In this document: positions 57,974 to 64,000 of the stretch, in pieces
How the letters are laid out: each line of letters begins with the position of its first letter
Numbering within the stretch: position 1 is the stretch's first letter
Assembly (NCBI GenBank): GCA_039096225.1
Contig: JBBPEB010000007.1
Span: 558,001 to 622,000 of the forward strand
Reading direction: 5' to 3'
Length of the DNA stretch: 64,000 bases
Source: Blastocystis sp. Blastoise
Lineage: Eukaryota > Protista > Bigyra: Opalinata
The notes under the pieces: generated by a model
What the model was told of the DNA's origin: nothing
What the model saw: the letters and a program-made list of their open reading frames with translations, nothing else
The model's database searches: none
Made by a program: the position numbers and the translations under genes

Positions 57974-58739
57974 ATGGCAACTACTGAACTTAAAATAACT
58001 GAAGATAAATGTATTTGCATATAATAAAAGTACATCATATATATTTAGATTTATTTTCTTTTCAAGATGAGTCTCAATTATGGATTCCTACAAGTTTTTT
58101 TACGAAATATCCTCAATTCCCCTTTTATGGTATTATTCAAAATTCTGATATATATAAAGATGGAAGTTATTATATAGATATGCTTCCATTTTATATGGAA
58201 AAAGTTATATGTTTTTTGATTGAAGATCATATGAACATATCTTCATTAAATCTGAGAGATAGTTTTGATATATATTGAACATTTTTAGAGTATTCTGTTA
58301 CAATTGATAGTGAAATGCAAAGTGATTTATTATTTCATATAAAAATGTTATTTAATAATTATTTGAAAGAAAATATTTATACTGAATGTAATTCAAAGTC
58401 TACTATGCACATGTATCATTCATATAGAAAAAGAATAGTTATAAATGGTATTTGCATCAGTTTTATTTATAGTTTATAATACAAATATATTATATACACA
58501 AATATATAGGATTAGTTACTCCAAAGCGGAAAGAAGAATTATTGCATTATTCACTTCTTTTTGAAATGATGAATGTAACAAAGTGTAAAATTATATGTAT
58601 ATTCTTATATATATCTACTATGATATGAAATAATAATAATGTATATAGATCAATATACACCTAACATTCCATCGGAATATATACATCCATCTTGTATTAA
58701 AGAAATATTTCCATCATTGGAGAAATTAGAAATTTCTGG

Positions 58740-58770
<31 letters not shown>

Positions 58771-61700
58771 CAGTAATTACAAACTATATCAAAAGTGATA
58801 CATTATTAAATCCAAATACTGACGAATATATGAAGGAATATTGTAGATTCTGTCGTCAAGATAAGTATTACATACGTGATGATGAAAATTATGAGTATTA
58901 TACACAATCTGAAATGGATCAATATAATACTATCTCTTCTTCAAAATTAAGAAAATCGACTTATAGTCAGAGAATAAATGATTCCTACGATGAGAGAAAA
59001 AAATGAATAAATTGATCAAATTATATGAATATATTCGTGACGACGTAGTGTATACAGATGATTATTCAAAAATAGAAATAAATAAAAAGACCAATAAGTA
59101 TATTCTCAAGGATACTATCTTAATTAAATACGAAGGTATATATATGTAGTTATTTTTGCTATATTCAACATATTTTATATTAGATAAAACAAATAATCCA
59201 GAATTATGGTATATATATTCTTATTGATGTTATCAATATATAAATATATATATATCGTTTATTATACTTGTAGTGATTTAAAAGTAAATACAGAATGTGG
59301 TATATTTCAATTATTATGTTTTCCTTCGAGTTATTGTTTTTCAAGCATATTTTTAAAGTTAGGTATAAAATATATATTAATAGTCATAAGTAATTCATAC
59401 TTATAGATGACATTGACATTGGACACTTTGTTATACCTATAATGAAAGCTTTTGAAGCAGGAGTTTTTGATAGTATTTCAATACTAACTGTACAATGGAG
59501 TAAGTATTATAGTTTTCTGAATTACAGATAATTATACATTTATATAGTTACCCAATGGAATAAACTACTTGGTAATGATCAATTAATAAGAATAATGACA
59601 ACTCATATATTTCCTAATATTACTACGCTTGTTTATGATGATCACGATGGTATATAAATAGAGAATTATATTAATAAATAAATAAAAATTTATAAACTTA
59701 TAAATATATAAATATGTAAATATATATTATTATATAATTATATAATTATATAAATATAGTATGCTTTCAATTATCATCAATAAAGAAAGAATACTTCCCG
59801 AAATTACATGTTCTATGCTATAATACCAACATTAATAAATGTATTATATGTAATTAAAAATGTAATATGTATATTTATAGATAACTTTGAGACTTTATTT
59901 CCAAATCAGTTAATGTCTATGATTGACACGATTAGCTTATATGGTAATGATTCGAAGATAGAAAAGGAAGTAATTTCCCTTTTAGATGATTTATCATATA
60001 ATAATCTCATTCATATCACTGGATCCTGTATATATAATATGATTTATATGCCTAATATTTAACATCTAATAGTAATTATGATATTTATTTATTATTCATG
60101 TATATAGGTGATATTATTTGCAGTTTTCCTCATAAGGAAGACTTAATTAAAAAAGGATATATTTCAATAAATTACATATCTAACAGTATCAATTTTAATT
60201 TTTATATATCTCTTTCAATTTTTTGTAACTTTTTTATTTTATTGTTTTTAGATATGGAAGATTATAATGGTTATGCGCTTTCTAATACAGTATTAAAACC
60301 AAAATGCTATAAGTATAATGCAAAACAAGTACTTGAAACTTTTGATATTACATTTAAAAGTACTTCTTTTTAATTATAACTATATCATATAGATAATTAT
60401 ATTAATAATGAACCAAAAGAAAAAGATGATAATAATTTAAAAGAATTTAATATTAAATTTGCTCTAGAACACCTATTTTTCAATTACAAATATAATAAAA
60501 TACATAATTGTCGAATCTCATGTATATAAATACGATTTTAATTATCATTTTACATGCTGCTTTCTCTAGTTGATGATGATATAGATATTAAAATATTAGA
60601 ATGGATAGACAGCCTCTTTGATTTTAATACATTTGATCATTTAGATAATTTATTCATTAAATGTATTTAATATATATATATATATATATATAGTACCTAA
60701 GAATAAAAGTAACCAAAAAGATGAATACCTCCATTTATTCAATAGTATTCTAGAGAAAATTATTCCAAAAGCATCAATAATAAGACTAACTGGTTTATAT
60801 GTATCATTTTTATTATTCATTAATATTGTAATATTTTTTTTGATTATGTAAAGCTAGTATAATTATAAATATTATATTAATTATCATGTAATTATAGTTG
60901 AAGATTACAAAGACATCATAGAACGATTAATCCGGAGCAGATGCTTCTATGATACTCAAAAGTTAGATATATGTATATTATAATTTTTTTTTGAATATGA
61001 ATATTGATTTCTATAAAGTATTGTTATATCTCTTTATGAACTTTTTTAGTAACAGATGATGTCTTATCTGACAAAATATTCTTTGAATTATATACAAAAA
61101 GTAATTTTCATCAACTAAAGAACCTAACACTATGTATATATATATATATATATATTCTCTCTTTGACAACATTAATATATAGATAAACTTAAAACCAAAT
61201 CATTTCTTTCCTTTTTAGATAATTTAGGCTTAGTCAATAATAATGATAATTTTCCAGCATCAACATCTATACTTATATATTGTATATATAGACATTTAAT
61301 ATATCACATAATCTAAAGTAAATATAAACCTATAGATGACGATTTTGATTTTTGTGAAGACTGTGATTTCTACTATACTCATTATGATTCTATTCTTCGA
61401 AGTAAATACAAAACTAATTTATCCGTAGAAATAGTTGATATTGGATATTCCTTTTGTATGTAATGTCTATTCATAACTTATGTATATAGTTAACTTTGTA
61501 TCCAAATATGAAATCGACATTTTTTGTAGTGATATTAAAAAGAATAGAATCCCAAATTTACGATACTTTAGCATATGTATAGTTCTTTATCAAATCTTTC
61601 TTTCGATAATTTTTTTATAAAGATGTTTGTGAAGATCGATCATTGTCGAAAATTATTGATTTAATTATAAAGGGTAGAATACCGAAATTGAAAGAATTTA

Positions 61701-61860
61701 GTATAACATGTGGTATATCTATATCTATGTATATTAAATTATCTTTATTATTTTTTTAGATTATGAATTAGAAGAACTTGTTCTTTCATGCAAAAAAAGA
61801 CTAAATAATTCATTATTTATTAAAGAAAATAATATACATTATTCTTTTTCATATTTCTAA
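57974..61860 (+). pseudogene. BTB-like/LRR family paralog with in-frame stop and frameshift
   Basis: YLFSFQDESQLWIP..FFTKYPQFPFY..DGSYYID N-terminus; FPSLEKLEI, FPNITTL and IPKLKEFSI LRR-like motifs; TGA at 58276-58278 within an otherwise open exon; A-run frameshift at about 58997-59006. Confidence 0.65.
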
Positions 61861-62472
61861 TTCTATATATGTATATAAACATTTTCAATTTTACAATTTT
61901 TTTGTGTTACAACTAGTTGTATAATAAAATAATACATAGTGTAATTTAAATATTTTTATTAAATTGCAATTTTCATTGATACTAATTCTATAGTTACAGC
62001 TCTTATAGGTTGCTTATTTAGTTTATTATTTCTCAATTATAATTCCATTATAAAATATAATAAAACTATTTGCTCGATTCTTTTAAAATACTTACATCAT
62101 TTTAACAAATCAATCCATTAACATAAACTGAAACTAAAATAGTTTAATATTTTATAAATTACAGTGTAGGTATTATCTGTCTTTTAAGACAGTTATCAGA
62201 TTTCTTTATACTTAATTTTTTATTTCTATCTTAAAATAATATATATATATCTTTCTAGTTTTTCTTATTCATATTCCAAGATTTTACTAAAGCTGATGAC
62301 TTTATTTCTTCATGAAATTTAGTTGTTACGATTTATAAAGGTTTAAAATAAAAGATAAAAGCTAAAAGAGAAATAAATCGAATAAAAACAACAAAAGAAA
62401 CAAATCTTGTATTAATCAATCACAAAATGAATAAATACAAAAAATAAAGTATAATATATATATTTAATAATA

Positions 62473-63733
62473 CTACTCTATATAAGAAATAATATGAAAA
62501 TTAAATTTTGAATCTTTAGCTCGTTTCTTTAAGACTTGACATGGTTGTAACATAAACAGTGATTCTGTAATTGATAGATATATAGAACATTAAAATAAAT
62601 ATATACATACCAATTACATAAATAGCACACTCTTTTAAAGAAGGAAATTTCTTTTCTTTAAAGAGTTCTTCAATCTGTATCAAATTACTTTCTTCATAAA
62701 CATCTAGAATAAATATATATGTATATATTGTTAATTTACAATGATAAGAAATACAATAAATTTTTATATTAACAATATACTTATATATAAGGATTCTAAT
62801 AAATCTATATTTTGTAGTGTTAATAAATTATATATAGAATTCCAATATTTCTTATTAAATTCAACAAAATGATCAAAGCGTCTTGACATGTTTAATATTT
62901 TTATTGGTTGTTGGTAATCTAGTTGTAGTGAAGGAAAATTTGATATAATAAATTGTAAGTAATTTACATAATCGATGTCTATATAAAACATATACAAAAA
63001 TAATTGAAATATTTTGTAAAAAGTAATGATCCATTTACTTAGGAATAAGAAATGAAGTATGACATTAATTATAATATATAAATATATATATACATTGTTT
63101 AAATGATTTTATCTCAACTGTTGTTATTGTATGAAAAGGAATATTTAGATCATTGAATAGTTGACGAATAAATAGTATGAAGTCAGACATAAAAGCATCA
63201 TCAACTAAAAGAAAAAAGGAAAATAATAACTAGTGTTATATAAAGGATTATTTACCATTTGAATTACTATTCACGATTATCTTTTTCAAATGGAACAGCT
63301 TGTTATTCAATAGATTATTCAATAAAAAGGGAAAAAAATATGTATTCAGTTTATCTTGTTCTATATATATATTATTATTATATATTACATATACGATCAT
63401 TACCTATTGAAAAAACAAAACATTCGATATTTTCCAATAAGGGTATATTGATTATTTCTCTCAGAACGGATGACATATCCATATAATCTGGCTTTACTAT
63501 TATTTATGAATGTATATTTATAATAATATAATAAATTATAATATAATAAATAGTAATATAATATATTATAATATACACAATAAATTCAATTCCTGAAGAT
63601 TATTAGAAAATAAGGATAGTAATAACGGCATATTCTTCGTATTTATTTGTTTTTCATTTTCTGAAATATTGGCAAAGGAACTATCATATTCTATATATAT
63701 AATTATTATCATAAATTATTTGCATAAAGTCTC

Positions 63734-63764
<31 letters not shown>

Positions 63765-64000
63765 CGAATAGAGAGTTTCTTCAAATTAGGATAATTAGCA
63801 TTTTTAAAGATAGATATTAAATCATTAACTGAGATAGATTTATATGGACTAACTATACAATAATGAATAAGAATAAAATAAAATCATAAAAATGAATAAA
63901 TTACATAAATAAAGATGAAAATAAAAAAATATTAATGATGAAAAATAAAAATTAAGATACAAAATAAAGTATAGATAATACATTGAATACATTTAAAATG
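62473..64000 (-). CDS. 3' part of a multi-exon degenerate-LRR gene (starts beyond the window)
   Basis: KNANYPNLKKLSI, NFPSLQL and FKEKKFPSLKECAIY motifs; GT-AG introns; TAG at 62473-62475. Confidence 0.55.

Noticed and set aside
58276-58278. In-frame TGA/TAA as stop-codon reassignment or selenocysteine
   Set aside because: Internal stops occur only in genes that also have frameshifts; conserved genes use TGG for Trp and normal stops.

Overview
Very AT-rich, gene-dense eukaryotic DNA with many short introns rich in TA microsatellites. The gene content and intron style resemble an AT-rich Blastocystis/stramenopile lineage, but this is inference only. Intron-reconstructed genes, left to right: BET bromodomain protein, CDK10/11-type kinase, RBM22/Slt11 lacking its RRM, DHX33-like DEAH helicase, Rad21 kleisin, Ariadne RBR ligase, secreted papain-like pseudo-protease, BTB-like/LRR gene, Ig/HRM-repeat surface protein, four-domain GILT-like protein, a large PHD/GNAT/bromo-like chromatin protein, and two more BTB/LRR-type genes (one disrupted, one truncated by the window edge). 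There are two DNA-transposon complexes. The first is a CGGBP-type hAT transposase next to a 388-bp tandem array of transposon ends and a 1.2-kb TIR element. The second is a 6.85-kb element with CACTG termini and a 3-bp AGA target-site duplication. It has no transposase and carries a decayed intron-containing gene plus arrays of spliceable micro-exons (Pack-CACTA-like). The helicase contains a clear AT-AC U12-type intron and an apparent TT-AG intron. Many ORFs in the supplied track are artefacts of reading through introns or of TTG/GTG starts. All exon models were derived by eye.
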